Of a DNA stretch of 64,000 nucleotides, positions 12,343 through 26,367 are shown one piece after another (within the stretch, counting starts at the first letter, position 1; each line of letters starts with the position of its first letter). The notes under the pieces were generated by a model. The model saw nothing but the letters and a program-made list of their open reading frames with translations, did not search any database and was not told where the DNA came from. Source of the DNA: Octopus vulgaris (Eukaryota); assembly GCA_951406725.2 (NCBI GenBank), contig OX597837.1:34844001-34908000 (forward strand), written 5' to 3'. The position numbers and the translations under genes are program-made.

Positions 12343-12715
12343 CCCTTCTGTTAACATATTTCTGTAGAAATACACTGGCTTCGTTTCAATTAAAAATAGC
12401 TTTGTTATTATTAAAGCTGGCGTTTGGAACAGAAAGTAACATGGAATTTTGAAGGAAGGTCTTTAATTTTTAACCTGGATCACTTAAACTCTTTTGTTAC
12501 CATATTTCTCTTGAAACACATCGTCTTTGTTTCTATTAAATTTGAAAATCAAGAAGAATTTAGTAAAATAACTGTCATTATTATGCTACAGTTTGGAACA
12601 AACTAACATGAAATTTTTGCTGGAAGGTTTTAATTTAGATATTGCTATAAAACAGGAAGTTTTTAGGATAGAAATCAAGAGGGAGTATCAGGCAGATTGA
12701 TATCAAAAGCGTTAA
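12343..12715. mobile_element. piggyBac-like MITE, diverged, with two tandem sub-units
   Basis: Homologous to 38164-38384 and 35059-35763. The unit start recurs at ~12343 and ~12489. Confidence 0.6.
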
Positions 12716-13337
12716 GATCACAGAAGTGCCCGTCCCACTCATTCACAATGCATAAACATACTCCAGTTTGATCCATCCAACCTTTCTCAAGAACATGAAC
12801 AAAAACACCTGGAAGGAACTTTATATTTGGCATTTAAAAATAAACATTAGTTTTAAGTTAGTTCTATCTGTGAGGCAGCTTAATACAACAGTGAATTTAA
12901 TCTGTAATCCATACATATTTAAATAGTTTTTTAGGATTTAAAATTTTTTTATTTTTCACAATTTTATTGCCAGGCATAAAAAAAAAAATTATTCATATTC
13001 CCAATTTAACTCTGTGGCTAGTTCTACACATTCTTCAATCTCATGATACCATTGTCATCATCATTTTAATGTCCACTTTTCCATGCATCCATGGATTGGA
13101 TGGAAGTTGTTGAGGCAGATTTTCTATGGCCGGATGCCTTTCCTGTTGCCAACCCTCATCTGTTTGTAAGCAAGGGAATATTTCTTGATGACTGGCACCA
13201 CTTGTATGGCAGTGACCCTTACTTACCACCATCGTATAATGTCAAGACATGGAGACAATGACCCTTGGTACTACACAGTGGGACTGAATCCATAATCACA
13301 TGGTTGGCAAGCAAACATCTGAAACCATACTGCCATG

Positions 13338-13800
13338 CATAGATCTGTGGAAATTAGTGAAGTTTTTTTCCTCCAAGTTCTGTTGGTTAAGTTCTATGCA
13401 ATTTGTGTCTTCTCTCTCAATTTATAAAAAAAAATGCATTTTTGCCCCCAGAATAAAGCAAGAACATCAATCTGTTGTCATTCGAGAATCATTACTTTCA
13501 CTTGTGGAAGAGGTTTTGCTCACTTCAATCTTTGAGTATTGAGTACATATGCTCCCTCAGGTAACCGAATAATTATTGGTTTTCTTTGATTCAACCTTCT
13601 ACATAATTTCCTAATTCAGACCAATGACAGACACCTGCTTTTGCAGCACATTTCTTCTCTGGCAAATTCACAGATGTTCATTCTCCTTCCAATCATACAC
13701 ACACTTTTCATTCACTCCATATTTCCTCACTACAGCACTGCTGTTTCAAAGAGAATGCAAATGTAACAACTTTCATTTTGAAAGAAGCATCGTATTTCAT
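13338..13800 (-). pseudogene. POGK-like pogo transposase N-terminal relic (frameshifted)
   Basis: Manual translation across frameshifts: MKYDASFKMKVVTFA / NSSAVVRKYGVNEKCVYDWKENE / LPEKKCAAKAGVCHWSEL / LREKTQIA*..LEEK..NFHR. Matches the Brinker-type DBD plus CENP-B HTH region of POGK-type transposases. Confidence 0.7.
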
Positions 13801-13842
13801 TGTTCTTCACTGGTGGAACTATGAAGAGAAAATGCTTGAAGC

Positions 13843-14080
13843 TGTAGCATAGCTCAGTATTTAGAGTGTCAGGCTCACAATCATGAGGTAGTGAGTTCGA
13901 TTCCTGGAATGGGCTGTGTGTTGTGTTCTTGGGCAAGAAACTTTATCTCATGTTGCTCCAGTTCACTCAGTAGTTAGAGTGTTGGGCTCACAATTATGAG
14001 GTTGCGGCATCGATTCGTGCCAAGCTGTATCGGCCTTTGCTTTTCCCTTGGATAACATCAGTGGCATAGAGAGAGGAGGC
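13843..14080 (+). mobile_element. Old tRNA-derived SINE with duplicated head
   Basis: TAGCTCAGT..TTAGAG A box, GAGTTCGATTCC B box and TTGGGCAAG core. The head repeats at ~13965. Relatives at 52910-53190. Confidence 0.65.
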
Positions 14081-14473
14081 TCTCTATATGTATGTAGGTG
14101 TATTTGTGTGAAAAAACTGCATGGAAGCCCATTGTATATATGAGTGTGTGTGTATGACTTTCTGTCAGTGTCTGTCACCCCACTGTCACTGTCTGACAAC
14201 CCATGCTGGTTTGTTTATGTCCCTGTAACATAGCAGTTCAGCAAAAGACACTGATAGAATAGGTACCAGACTTAAAAAGAACAGAAGAACTGGTGTCGAT
14301 TTGTTCAACTAAAGCCTTTCAAGGCAGTGCCCCAGCTTGTCCACAGTCCTACAACTGAAACTAGTAAAAGGTAAAATATATACAGCCACACTATCACACA
14401 CACAGAAATTGTACTGAGCAACCATACCGTTATACATATAGGTGTACTGCATAGTCATACTATTGTACATATA

Positions 14474-14584
14474 CCAGGATGATTCAAAAGTTTTGAGGGA
14501 TTTTCACAGATGACGTTTGGTAACTTAATACAAGTTGCCAAATGTTATCAGTAAAAATCCCTCAAAACTTTTGAAATACTCCAT
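14474..14584. mobile_element. Tiny Tc1/mariner-like MITE (two TIRs, hairpin)
   Basis: TTCAAAAGTTTTGAGGGATTTT...TTTGGTAACTT is mirrored by AAGTTGCCAAA...AAAATCCCTCAAAACTTTTGAA. Confidence 0.7.
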
Positions 14585-14801
14585 ACTCTCTTTTACTCTT
14601 TTACTTGTTTCAGTCATTTGACTGCGGCCATGCTGGAGCACCGCCTTTAATCGAGCAATTCGACCCCGGGACTTATTCTTTGTAAGCCCAGTACTTATTC
14701 TATCGGTCTCTTTTTGCCGAACTGCTAAGTGATGGGGACATAAACACACCAGCATCGGTTGTCAAGCGATGTTGGGGAGACAAACACAGACACACAAACA
14801 T

Positions 14802-14832
<31 letters not shown>

Positions 14833-15004
14833 CATATATCCGACAGGCTTCTTTCAGTTTCCGTCTACCAAATCCACTCACAAGGCATTGGTCAGCCCGA
14901 GGCTATAGCCAGAAGACACTTGCCCAAGATGCCACGCAGTGGGACTGAACCCTGAACCATGTGGTTGGTAAGCAAGCTAGTTACCACACAGCCACTCCTG
15001 CGCC
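14584..15004 (-). mobile_element. SINE family A, full length
   Basis: Complete copy. Further minus-strand copies at 16099-16511, 17560-17821, 18103-18491, 28403-28790, 28858-29259, 39525-39830 and 52283-52679. Confidence 0.9.
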
Positions 15005-15085
15005 ATGTTATGTCATTAATTTAACACAACTTAATTCCAATCACTGTTGAATTGCTTATTCATTATTTTCATATATAACGTATGT

Positions 15086-15427
15086 AGAGGCACAATGGCC
15101 CATGGTTAGGGCAGTAGACTCGTGGTCGTAGGTACATGGTTTCAATTTCCAAAGCTCTATGAGGCTCCAGCAGGTGGGCGGGGTGACCCCTGCTGTACTC
15201 TTTCATCACAACTTTCTCTTACTCTTGCCTCCTGTTTTTGTTGTACCTGTATTTCAAAGGACCAGCCTTGTCACACTCTGTGTCACGCTGAGTCTCCCTG
15301 AAAACTATGTTAAGGGTACATGTGTCTGTGGAGTGCTCAGCAACTTGCACGTTAATTTCACGAGCAGGCTGTTCCGTTGATCGGATCAACCGGAACCCTC
15401 ATCATCGTAACCAACGGAGTGCTTCCA
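15086..15427 (+). mobile_element. SINE family C, internally deleted
   Basis: Same head and tail as 5506-5898 but lacks the segment after the B box. Confidence 0.85.
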
Positions 15428-15629
15428 TACTTCCATTTAGAACAAAGACTGACCATAAGTCTTTACAGTCAGTGTTGACTTGGGCTAAACAACAACACAG
15501 CCTTGTCACAAAACAAACTCTAATGCCAGCCAAGTCATGGTATTTTGGTCTAATTTGTTATTTTATAGTCCCTCTGATAATCTATATATGAAACGCATTC
15601 TCTCCACCTCACATAAACATTAAGGCTGT

Positions 15630-15664
<35 letters not shown>

Positions 15665-16794
15665 TAATACAATCTTGTGATCAACAGACTCCGACTGACT
15701 CTATGGAGTGTGTCCTTGTTTATTTCTTTTATAGAAACAGTTGAAAATACCTACCACATTGTCCACCGGCACCACCATCACCACCACCACCTTTACAAAG
15801 ACGGAACCATGTGACTGTCTGACTGAGCAGATTAACAAAGAGAGTGGGATGAAATAGGAGGTGTAGGGGGCATCACTCACGTACATTGCAGAAACAAAGC
15901 CATGAAATATTGGTGGTAGTGGTGGTGGTCGTGGTGGGGTAGTCACCTGAATCAAGACCATTCTGAAGCGAAGTCAATCTCAGATTGATCCACTGTGAAA
16001 CCAGGTGAGTTTTGGTATGGAGTCTGGTGCTGTACCATTTTTACCAACCTACAGCTGCTTTATAAGTAACACTGGTAACAATATTTTCTTTATTTAGCTA
16101 CTTTACTCTTTTACTTGTTTCAGTCATTTGACTGCGGCCATGCTGGAGCACCGCCTTTAGTCGAGCAAATCGACCCCGGGACTTATTCTTTGTAAGCCCA
16201 GTACTTATTCTATCGGTCTCTTTTGCTGAACCGCTAGGTGACGGGGACGTAAACACACCAGCATCGGTTGTCAAGCAATGCTAGGGGAACAAACACAGAC
16301 ACACAAACACATACACACACATACATATATATATATATACATATATACGACAGGCTTCTTTCAGTTTCCGTCTACCAAATCCACTCACAAGGCATTGGTC
16401 GGCCCGGGGCTATAGCAGAAGACACTTGCCCAAGATGCCATGCAGTGGGATTGAACCCGGAACCATATGGTTGGTTAGCAAGCTACTTACCACACAGCCA
16501 CTCCTGCGCCTTGGGTCAATTTTTGCAAAAGATTCCTCATGGAATACATAAATATATATTGTTGCCTTCATTTGTTCTTTCATTTTACATCTTACTTTTC
16601 ATGCCAGCATGGGTAGATGAATACATATTGCTGAAGCATTGTTTTACAGTTGGATGCCTTTGCTGCCACCAACCCTTACCAGTTTTTCATTCCCTTCATA
16701 TTTGAAAGTGCAGAGCTACCGGTTAATAATGGACAAAGAAATGATGATAGGGAACACTAATCATTGCTCATGTGACTTCAGAATGCAAACATTC

Positions 16795-16798
16795 TCTT

Positions 16799-16832
<34 letters not shown>

Positions 16833-16879
16833 TCTCTCTCTCACACACACACACTCTCTCTCTCACACACACACACACA

Positions 16880-16911
<32 letters not shown>

Positions 16912-16961
16912 CTCTCTCTCACACACACACACACTCTCTCTCTCTCACACACACACACACA

Positions 16962-17032
<71 letters not shown>

Positions 17033-17043
17033 TCTCTCTCTCT
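16795..17043. repeat. Alternating (CT)n(CA)n higher-order microsatellite
   Basis: About nine alternating CT and CA blocks. Confidence 0.95.
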
Positions 17044-18837
17044 TTGTACAGTTTCTGTCTACCAAATTCTCTCCTGAGTCATTGGTGTTATTACTATTCA
17101 GGAGAATGAAAGCAGTGGTTCGCAGAATTGATAACAATTTCAGAAATCACCACAGATGGGATGTTTGTATCGGCTTGTGACAAATTCCAGACTAATTGCC
17201 ATAAAGAATTCATCCAGCACCAGTTAACCAGGTCTTGAAGGTTAAAATAAGTTTGTTTAATGCCTAAAAACAAGGAGTGTCAATGCCCTTAGCCAACAAA
17301 TGCATGGAGACAAGAATAAAAATGTAAATCTAAACATTCTCACACTTTGAATATAACAAAAATCTAAAGGAACCATTTATCCTCGTCATCATTTAACATC
17401 TGCTTTCTACGTTGGCATGGGTTAGATGGTTTGACAGGGGAGCTGGCAAACCAGACAGTAGGGTCAAGTTCTACTGTCAGCTTTGGAATGGTTTCTACAG
17501 TTGATTGCCCTTCATAACACCAACCAATTTACAAAGTCCACTGAGTGTTTTTTATGTAGCACCAGCATCGATTGTCAAGCGATGTTGGGGAGACAAACAC
17601 AGACACACAAACATATGTACATACATACATACATATATATATATATATACATACATATATGACGGGCTTCTTTCAGTTTCCATCTACCAAATCCATTCAC
17701 AAGGCTTTGGTCAGCCTGAGGCTATTGTAGAAGACATTTGCCCAAGGTGGCATACAGTGGGAATGAACCCAGAACCATGTGGTTGGTAAGCAAGCTACTT
17801 ACCACACAGCCACTCCTGCACATATTAAATTTTTAATGGCTATAAAGAGTGCATTGTCTGAATTAGCAGCTATGGAGAACAAGCTTGAAGTAGCCAATTT
17901 ATTCTGCAAAATATGTGAGCTAGTAAGTTGTCTAAAAGTCCATGAGTCAAGAAAAAGACAAGGATCCATGTATTGGATGATAGAATGAGCATATATACAT
18001 GGTATATGTAGAATGCATACGATATATAAATTTAAATTGTACATGTGTATGTATACACACACATACAAGTATATATAAGGGGTTATAATCCAAGCTGTGA
18101 CCTTACTCTTTACTCTTTTACTTGTTTCAGTCATTTTGACTGCGGCCATGCTGGAGCACCGCCTTTAATCGAGCAACTCGACCCCAGGACTTATTCTTTT
18201 GTAAGCCCAGAACTTATTCTATCGATCTCTTTTGCCGATGCTTGACAGAATCGGTTGTCAAGCATTGCTAGGGGGACAAACACAGACACACAAACACACA
18301 CACACATATATATATATACATATATACGACGGGCTTCTTTCAGTTTCCATCAACCAAATTCACTCACAAGGCTTTGGTCGGCCCAAGGCTATAGCAGAAG
18401 ACACTTGCCCAAGGTGCCACGTAGTGGGACTGAACCCGGAACCATGTGGTTGGTAAGCAAGCTACTTACCACACAGCCACTCCTGCGCCTATGAATCATA
18501 TCTGCATTTTTTAATGTATGTATATAGATATTCTATTTTTGAATAAAAATACATAGCAATAGAAATTTCACGTGAAATCTTTTTGCAGATTGATTATGTA
18601 TCAAGATAGAATACTGGAAAATTTAGTATATTTTTAATTCCATGTTACATGTGTTTCAATACAGAATAGGAGTTACAAAGTTATACAAGTAGGAAAAAAT
18701 GTATGGAATTTCCTAACCATAATTCTTTAGACAAAGATTCAAATACATATAAATAAAACAGACATATTAATTATACATGTTTATGTAACAAAAATGAAAA
18801 TTATACATAAATATATGCAAATTATATAAACATATAT

Positions 18838-19057
18838 ATTTCTTTACTACCCACAAGGGGCTAAACACAGAGAGGACAAACAAACGGATTAAGTCGATTA
18901 TATTGACCCCAGTGCGTAACTGGTACTTATTTAATCGACCCCGAAAGAATGAAAGGTAAAGTCGACCTCGGCGGAATTTGAACTCACAACGTAGCGGCAG
19001 ACGAAATACGGCTACGCATTTCGCCCGGTGTGCTAACGTCTCTGCCAGCTCGCCGCC
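18838..19057 (-). mobile_element. SINE family B, full length
   Basis: TSD-like TATATAAACA(T/C)ATATAT on both sides. Confidence 0.9.
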
Positions 19058-19089
19058 TTTATATATAAACACATATATATACATACATA

Positions 19090-19443
19090 TTGAATACGAA
19101 TTGAACCAGCCAGGATCCCTGGTCTGGTTGTACGTAAAAACACTATCCGACTCGTAGCCAATGTCAGCACCGCCCCGACTGGCTTCCGTGCCGGTGGCAC
19201 GTAAAATACACCAATCCGACCGTGGCCGTTGCCAGCCTTGCCTGGCACCTGTGCAGGTGGCACGTAAAAAAGCACCCACTACACTCACGGAGTGGTTGGC
19301 GTTAGGAAGGGCATCCAGCTGTAGAAACATTGCCAGATAAGACTGGAGCCTGGTGCAGCCTTCTGGCTTCCCAGATCCCCGGTCGAACCGTCCAACCCAT
19401 GCTAGCATGGAGAACAGACGTTAAACGATGATGATGATGATGA
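19090..19443 (+). mobile_element. Family D retroposon with internal GGTGGCACGTAAAA sub-repeats and (GAT)n tail
   Basis: GGTTGGCGTTAGGAAGGGCATCCAGCTGTAGAAAC core, tail GGACGTTAAACGATGATGAT-like. Copies at 5900-6170, 7530-7825, 22625-22755, 32097-32355, 42165-42560, 58137-58310, 58706-59035, 59065-59290 and 63290-63575. Confidence 0.85.
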
Positions 19444-20249
19444 TATGCATGCACGCACACACACATTCCTTTAGACACACACATACACATTTGTTCAAAG
19501 CTGATGAGTCACTGTGTTCCTACTCAGAGTTTCATCGACCATGTGACCATTAAAGTTACCAGTGCATCTACACCTAATGATACTTGGACAACAACTCTAA
19601 GTTACAGCAGAGTCGTCATTTTTAGTCAAATGAAATCACTACAGATTTCTCCATCCAGAAATACACCATCACCACCACCATCATCATCATCATCCCCACC
19701 ACACACACACACACACACGTTTATGGCTTAAGACACTAATTATTTGCAACATATGTCTATGGTCTCAACAACTTCTTATTTCTAATAAGTCTTCGAAGGT
19801 TATAGTTGATTAAATCTTTATCAATAATTCAATGATAAATACCCCCCCCCCCCCGCCAGCCCACCTCATCACCATCACAATGGATTTGTTCAGAAAAATG
19901 AAAGGATCTCAAGGAAATACAAGAAATTTTGTCTGGCACGTACCCAGTATTTGGTGGGTATTTATTTTACTGCTGCTCAGGACAATGAGAAACTTTGTTG
20001 ATTTTAACAGATTTGTACCAGAAAATATAATGACGTCATAACATAAGACAGCCAGGGGCATAGCCTCTGTTTTGGCCATCCTATCCAGTAGCCAAATGGG
20101 TCAGCCCCTCCTTACACACGACATACTTTCAATTACAATGAACACACTGAAAGTGGCTGCCCTGCGCACTCTGTATAGTCCACACACTTCACACTATACC
20201 ACTGGGGCCTTTCTTTGTATGTGTCTCTCCTGATCCTGTCATAACACCT

Positions 20250-21351
20250 CTTTTAATAATAATGTTTTTTGATTTAGGTACAGGGCCAGCAATCTCAAAA
20301 GAAGGGAATTAGTTGCTACCATCAATCTTAATGGTACTTTATATTCAACCCTGGTACTTTATTTATCCCTTTTGGTACCAACCCAGCCTGAAACCACCTC
20401 TGGCTCTGTATTACAAAAGTCTTGTTTTCATAAGTTTTGAATTAAAATCTTCCATCAAACCTTAATTACAATTAATGTTCCTAACACTAGCTTATTGATA
20501 ACTAAGTTATTTTACTAAATTCTTTGTTATATTTAAAATTAATTGAAAGAAACACAGCATTTCAAAATAAATATGGTAACAAAAGGGTTAATCAACCTCA
20601 AAATTATGAAAGGCAAAGTTGACCTCAGCAGGATTTGAACCTAGAATGTAGAGAGTCAAAAGAAATGTTGCTAAGCATTTTGTCCAATGTTGTCTAACAA
20701 AGGCACGGGGATACAAATGTGACAGAAGGGCTAAGTCAATGGAATCAACCCTAATACTTGATGCTATGTTTTTTTTACCAACCCAGGAAGGGTGAAAGGT
20801 AAAGTTAGCCTTGGCAGGATTTGAACTCATAAGGTCATGGTACTATAACAAAATACTGAAAAGCACTTTGTCTGATTCTGCCAACTCATCAGAAAAGTCT
20901 ACTAAAAATAGTTTCTAATGTAGGTACATGAGCACAAAGGAAGAAGTTAGCAGCTGATTAAACCAGCCCATATATATGACTGGTACTATTTTATCAACTC
21001 TGGGAGAAAGACAAATAATAATGATAATGGTTTAGGCACAAGGCCAGCAATTTTGAAAGACAAAAAGGTAAATATGACCATTTCATAAATAGATATAAGG
21101 CTAGAAACTTTAGGGGACAGAAGTATCGACTATTGAGTAAATTGTCCATAGTACTTGACAAGTAACTGTTTTATCAACCCTGGAAGGATGAAAGGCAAAG
21201 GTGACCTTGGTAGTATTTGAACTCAGAACATAAAGGGCACTAACTGAATACAGTAAACCATCTGGTGCTCTATGGATTCTGCCAATCCATAATAATAATA
21301 ATAATGATAATAATGATAATAATGATAATAATAATAATAATGATAATAATG

Positions 21352-21400
<49 letters not shown>

Positions 21401-22568
21401 TGATGATAATAATAATAATAATAATAATACTTGAGTTTGCAGGTTGTGCATCAGTCCTGCTACATGAAAATATTTGCTAAGAGAATGTCAGTTAAAAGCA
21501 AAACAGGCCAGCCAGTCTCATGACAAAGAAGATTCCTCTTTAAACTGAGGATAACCTCTAATTAAGGTCCGTCTAAGGAGAATGGAGTGCTTTCTGGGCT
21601 CAGAGCAAGATGATAATGATGCCCCTTACACAGTTGTACTCAAGCTGCCAAATTAAAACACAGAATGCCTTAATTTCTAGAGGAGCTACAAAACCAAGAG
21701 TCATATCAGCAACTTTCAAGGCAGGATTGACAAGATAGAACAGCAAGTTGCTGGAAAAGATTTCACAGGACAAGAGGACTTGGCAAAGGAAAATATTAAT
21801 GGCTTACTTTCCACAGACAGCCAAAAGGATGATGATAATAATAACAACAACAACAACAATAATTCTTTCTAATTAAGAGACTTTGAAGCAAGGGGTAGGT
21901 TGATTACATCAACTCCAGACTTCAATTGGTGCTTATTTTATCAACCGTAAAAGGATTAAAGGCAGAGTCAACCTCGGTGGGAATTGAACTCAGAACATGA
22001 AAAGTTAAAAGAAATACCACTAAGCATTTTGTCCAACACACTAATAATTCCACCAGCTTGCCACCTGAATAATTCTTTCTAAATTTTGGCACAAGGCCAG
22101 CAATTTTGATGAGAGGGAGCAAGTCAATTACATCAATTCCAGTACTTAACTGGTACTTTATTTTAATGACCACAAGAGGGTGAAAGGCAAAGTTGACCTT
22201 GGTGGATTTGAACCCAGAACACAAAGAACCAAAAGGAATGCTGCTAAAATGGTTTCTGATTTAGGTACAGTGCCAGTATTTTGGGAGGAGGTGGTCAGTC
22301 AATTACACTGACCCTCCAGCAAAACAACAACAACAATAATAATGATAATCCTTTCTACTAAAGGCACAAGGCTTGAAATTTTTTGTGAGGGGACTAGTTG
22401 ATTACATCGACACCAGTGTTTTACTGGTACTTAATTTATCGAACCCAAAAGGAGGAAAGGCAAAGTCGATCTCAGTGGAATTTAAACTCTGAACGTAGTG
22501 TGATGCCTGAAATTCCACTAAGCATTTTGTCCATCTTGCTAACGATTCTGCCAGCTTGCCGCCCTGAC

Positions 22569-22609
<41 letters not shown>

Positions 22610-22985
22610 TAACAATAATAATAATCATCATCATCATCATCGTTTAGCGTCCGCTTTCCATGCTGGCATGGGTTGGACGGTTCAACTGGGTCTGGGAAGC
22701 CAGAAGGCTCCACTAGGCCCAGTCTGATCTGGCAATGTTTCTATGGCTGGATGCTAATAATAATAATAATCTTTTCTACTGAAAGCATAAGGCTTGAAAT
22801 TTGTGGGGAGAGAACTACTCAATTACATCGACTCCAGTGTTTCACTTGTACTTAATTTATCAACCCAGAAAGAATGAAAGGCAAAGTCGACCTCAACAGA
22901 ATTTGAACCCAGAACATAAAGACAGACGAAATGCCACTAAGCATTTTGCCTGGGGTGCTAACGACTCTGTCAACTCACCACCTTA
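20250..22985 (-). mobile_element. Cluster of ~10 old SINE B-type copies, co-oriented, separated by (TAA)n
   Basis: GAAAGG(C/T)A(A/G)AG...TTTGAAC-like cores recur at ~20610, 20795, 21190, 21960, 22180, 22455 and 22875, plus shorter fragments. Confidence 0.8.
20367..20587. mobile_element. piggyBac-like MITE nested in SINE B
   Basis: ttat-CCCTTTTGGTACC...GGTAACAAAAGGG-ttaa; reverse-oriented homologue of 38164-38384. Confidence 0.8.
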
Positions 22986-23053
22986 ATAATGATAATGATA
23001 ATAATAACAACAACAACAGCCAAAAAAATATAAAGGAAACCGAAAAAACTTAC

Positions 23054-23106
23054 TTGGTGTGAATATTCCGTAACTTGAACGCGGCTGAGCGCACAAGATT
23101 AGCCAT
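23054..23106 (-). CDS. Candidate first coding exon (MANLVRSAAFKLRNIHT, phase-2 donor)
   Basis: Minus strand ACAG-ATGGCT...CACACCAA|GTAAGT with a perfect donor. Unique, CpG-retaining sequence at the edge of a SINE-free zone. Product not recognised. Confidence 0.5.
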
Positions 23107-24223
23107 CTGTAACGGTACTCCAATGAACACAGGCTAATTAAATAACAATTCCGTCTGCTACACACCGCACTTAGATAACCATTTTGAGAGAATTTCCATG
23201 CAATTTACAGCTATTCAATTAGTATTATATTGATTCTTGGAAAATGCAACGCGTGGGTCTATTTGGACTGGCTGCATATATTTTACACGAGTTGCGAACA
23301 ACTTACACATGTGTGTATATATGCACATAGGTGTGTTTAGTGTGCGCGTGCACATATGTTGATATGTGTTATACATACATATGTGTGTGTGCATGTGTAT
23401 TTAAATGCATTAGTGCAGGTTTTATATTGACAGTAAAAATGTATGCATTTTATGTCAATGAGTGTGTGTGTGTGTGAGTTTTACTTGTATGTGTTAATAT
23501 ATGTATGCATATGCGCGTATGCAGGTGTACGGAATTCAGCTAGAATAATTTATATTTGATATGAATGTGTGTGTGTAGGGGGAAAAAGGACCTGTATTCT
23601 ATTCATACATTTTATATGCACAAATGTACATATGTTAGTGTATAGGGTGGTGGGGGTGAGAGGAGTGAGCTCTACGGTGACAGTGGACCAGATTTAAAGA
23701 TACACAACAGACAGACCCACCATACATACACACAACAGCTGTATGTGGGCTTTAAACTTTTCCGAACTTGGAATTGCGTGTATATATGTATGTATGTGTG
23801 TGGATAATAAAAAAACAATGTGAATATATATATGTTACCCTTCCATAAGGGTGACTGGGCCCTATCACCGAATATATGCTTTGTATTCTAGATGCAGGTA
23901 TAGAAATGGAATGTATGAAAATAAATCTCAGTAGAACCTTTGTTTTTAACCCCTTAAGGGCCAACTATAATTAAAGGGAGTTGAGAAAGAGTTGTTAATG
24001 GATGTGATTGGCAAGAATATGGTACAAACGTTTAGCTAAATCCCACCTTTTTTATGATGTGGCAGTGTTAACATTAATAATGTTAATAACAATAATATCC
24101 AAAATTAAATGATAAAACTAATAATTATAATGGCTACAATAATAAAATTAGTTTGTTCTTATTTTTTTTTTTTGTTTTGTTATAATCGTCACAAGGGAGG
24201 AATGGCTACATAACAACAACAAC

Positions 24224-24254
<31 letters not shown>

Positions 24255-25040
24255 TGATTAATCAATTATTTCTTTTGAAGGCCGTAAGGACCTAAGAAAT
24301 TTTGTGGGGACACTACAAATATTAAGTATGAGCAGGTTTTTAGAATTTGTTTTTTTTTTCCTAAATTTTTTCCGACAACACTATCAATGTATATGTGGAG
24401 GTTTGTATGTATGTGTGTAAATGTGTATATATATATATGTGTGTGTGTGTGTAAGTGAATTAACTAAATTAAATGAAAGAAATGAAGCTCGATAGAGAAG
24501 AGTTGTATGACGACTGCCAATGACACTCAATCCTTGGCCTCCACTACAAGAAAGGAGAACTGATCCTAATGAGACAATATGGTAAACTAGATTGTTGCTT
24601 TTATAAACTGTAGTGTAGTTATTATAGTAGTTGTAGTATTGGTGGTAGTAGTGGTAGTTGTAATTTGTGTTGGTAGATTTTTTTTCCCTTTCTTTTTCCT
24701 AGTTTAATTAAAGAACGAGGGAGTATGCACGTGTTCGTGTGTATGTGTGTGTGCATGTGTGCGTCTATGTATGTGTATGTGTGAACGCGTATTTATGTGT
24801 GTGAGTATGTGTGTTTGTGCATGGAGGTGTGAGTGTATATGTGTGTATACATATAAGTGCGTATGTTTTTGCGCGCGTGTGTGTGTGTGTGTGTGTGTAC
24901 AGTAAAATATCCAAGAGAGTTTGTGGGCGTCAATAAGTTTGGATGCCACGAGGGATGGAAAGCTCCAAGGTGTAAAGACTAAGTAACAAACAGACTTATT
25001 TCCAAAGCATTAAAAGAAAGGAAATAACAATAATAATAAC

Positions 25041-25092
<52 letters not shown>

Positions 25093-26186
25093 CCACTGAA
25101 ATATTATATGGATTGGAACATAAAGAATTAAGAAGACATTCCGTTATTGGTTTAGATTCATAACTGGAATATTGTGAAGAACTCGTGGAATTTGAACACC
25201 AGTCGTCAATATTCAACAATGGCAAAAGAGGAAAAAAAAGGTGTGAACGAGAGGATAGTTGGTTCTCGTGGAGGGATTTCCAAACATGACAGGTAGAGGA
25301 ACCAGGGATGTTCTTTTTGTTTTGTTTTTTTTTGTAGTTGTTGGCGTGGTGGAGAAGAGAGACTTTCGGCTGTACCAGTTGTTTGTTGTTTGGTTGGTTG
25401 GTATTTAGCCCTAGGTCAGCCGGGATTCAGCAGACTTCAGCGATCAATGAATGACATTCTAGACGTGACCGTCCCGTCTACATTCCGAACGCAGTGCATC
25501 CAGAATTATTAATGTTATCCGATGTTTGTCTTGGAGGGTGTAAATAGCTGCTCTCTGTGTAGTCTGTCAACGACTGAAGGGACGCGAGGTTGCGTGCGCG
25601 TGTGTGTACGTATGGAGAGAGAGAGAGTTGGAGGGAGAGGGAGAGGGAGAGCAAGGCTGTGGGAGGGGTTTATAACATTTTGACAGTTTGCTCTCTTTCG
25701 AGCGTGCAGAAGGCGTGTGAGGGTGGGGGGAGTAACCAGATGGTCGATGTGACAAACCGATCAGTGATCGGTTTTGATTTACAACTAATAAATAATTAAT
25801 AAATATTTAAACATATGTAATTAAAAATCACAAAACTAGCAGCAAAATAAAACAAGCACCGACTATAGATTATTATTGTTGTTGTTGTTGTGACAGCTTG
25901 TTTAGGCAAATTTCCTACCTAAATATATATGGCCAAGTGACGAGATAGGTTATTTTTAAATAATGAATTAAACTAAATTATTATATATATATATTTTTTT
26001 TTTTTGGAAAAGATATTGTTTAGTTATGCGTCGTGATAATTATAAATTATTGTTCCCCATTTTGCATGCAATTATTCAGAAGAAGGAAAAAAAAAACACA
26101 CACACAAACAGGCTTACACAAAGTTATTAGCGAGTACAATACAATGTTGGCCTGAAATTAATAACAACGATCTTATATATACTTAT

Positions 26187-26253
<67 letters not shown>

Positions 26254-26333
26254 TGTATGTGTGTATAATTTATATAAAATAAAAATATTTGGGTTCAAGA
26301 TTACATCAACGCACCTATAGTTGCATACATTTG

Positions 26334-26367
<34 letters not shown>

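Noticed and set aside
17095-17265. Minus-strand acceptor followed by a ~55-codon open frame
   Set aside because: Ends in a stop, with no donor and no recognisable homology.
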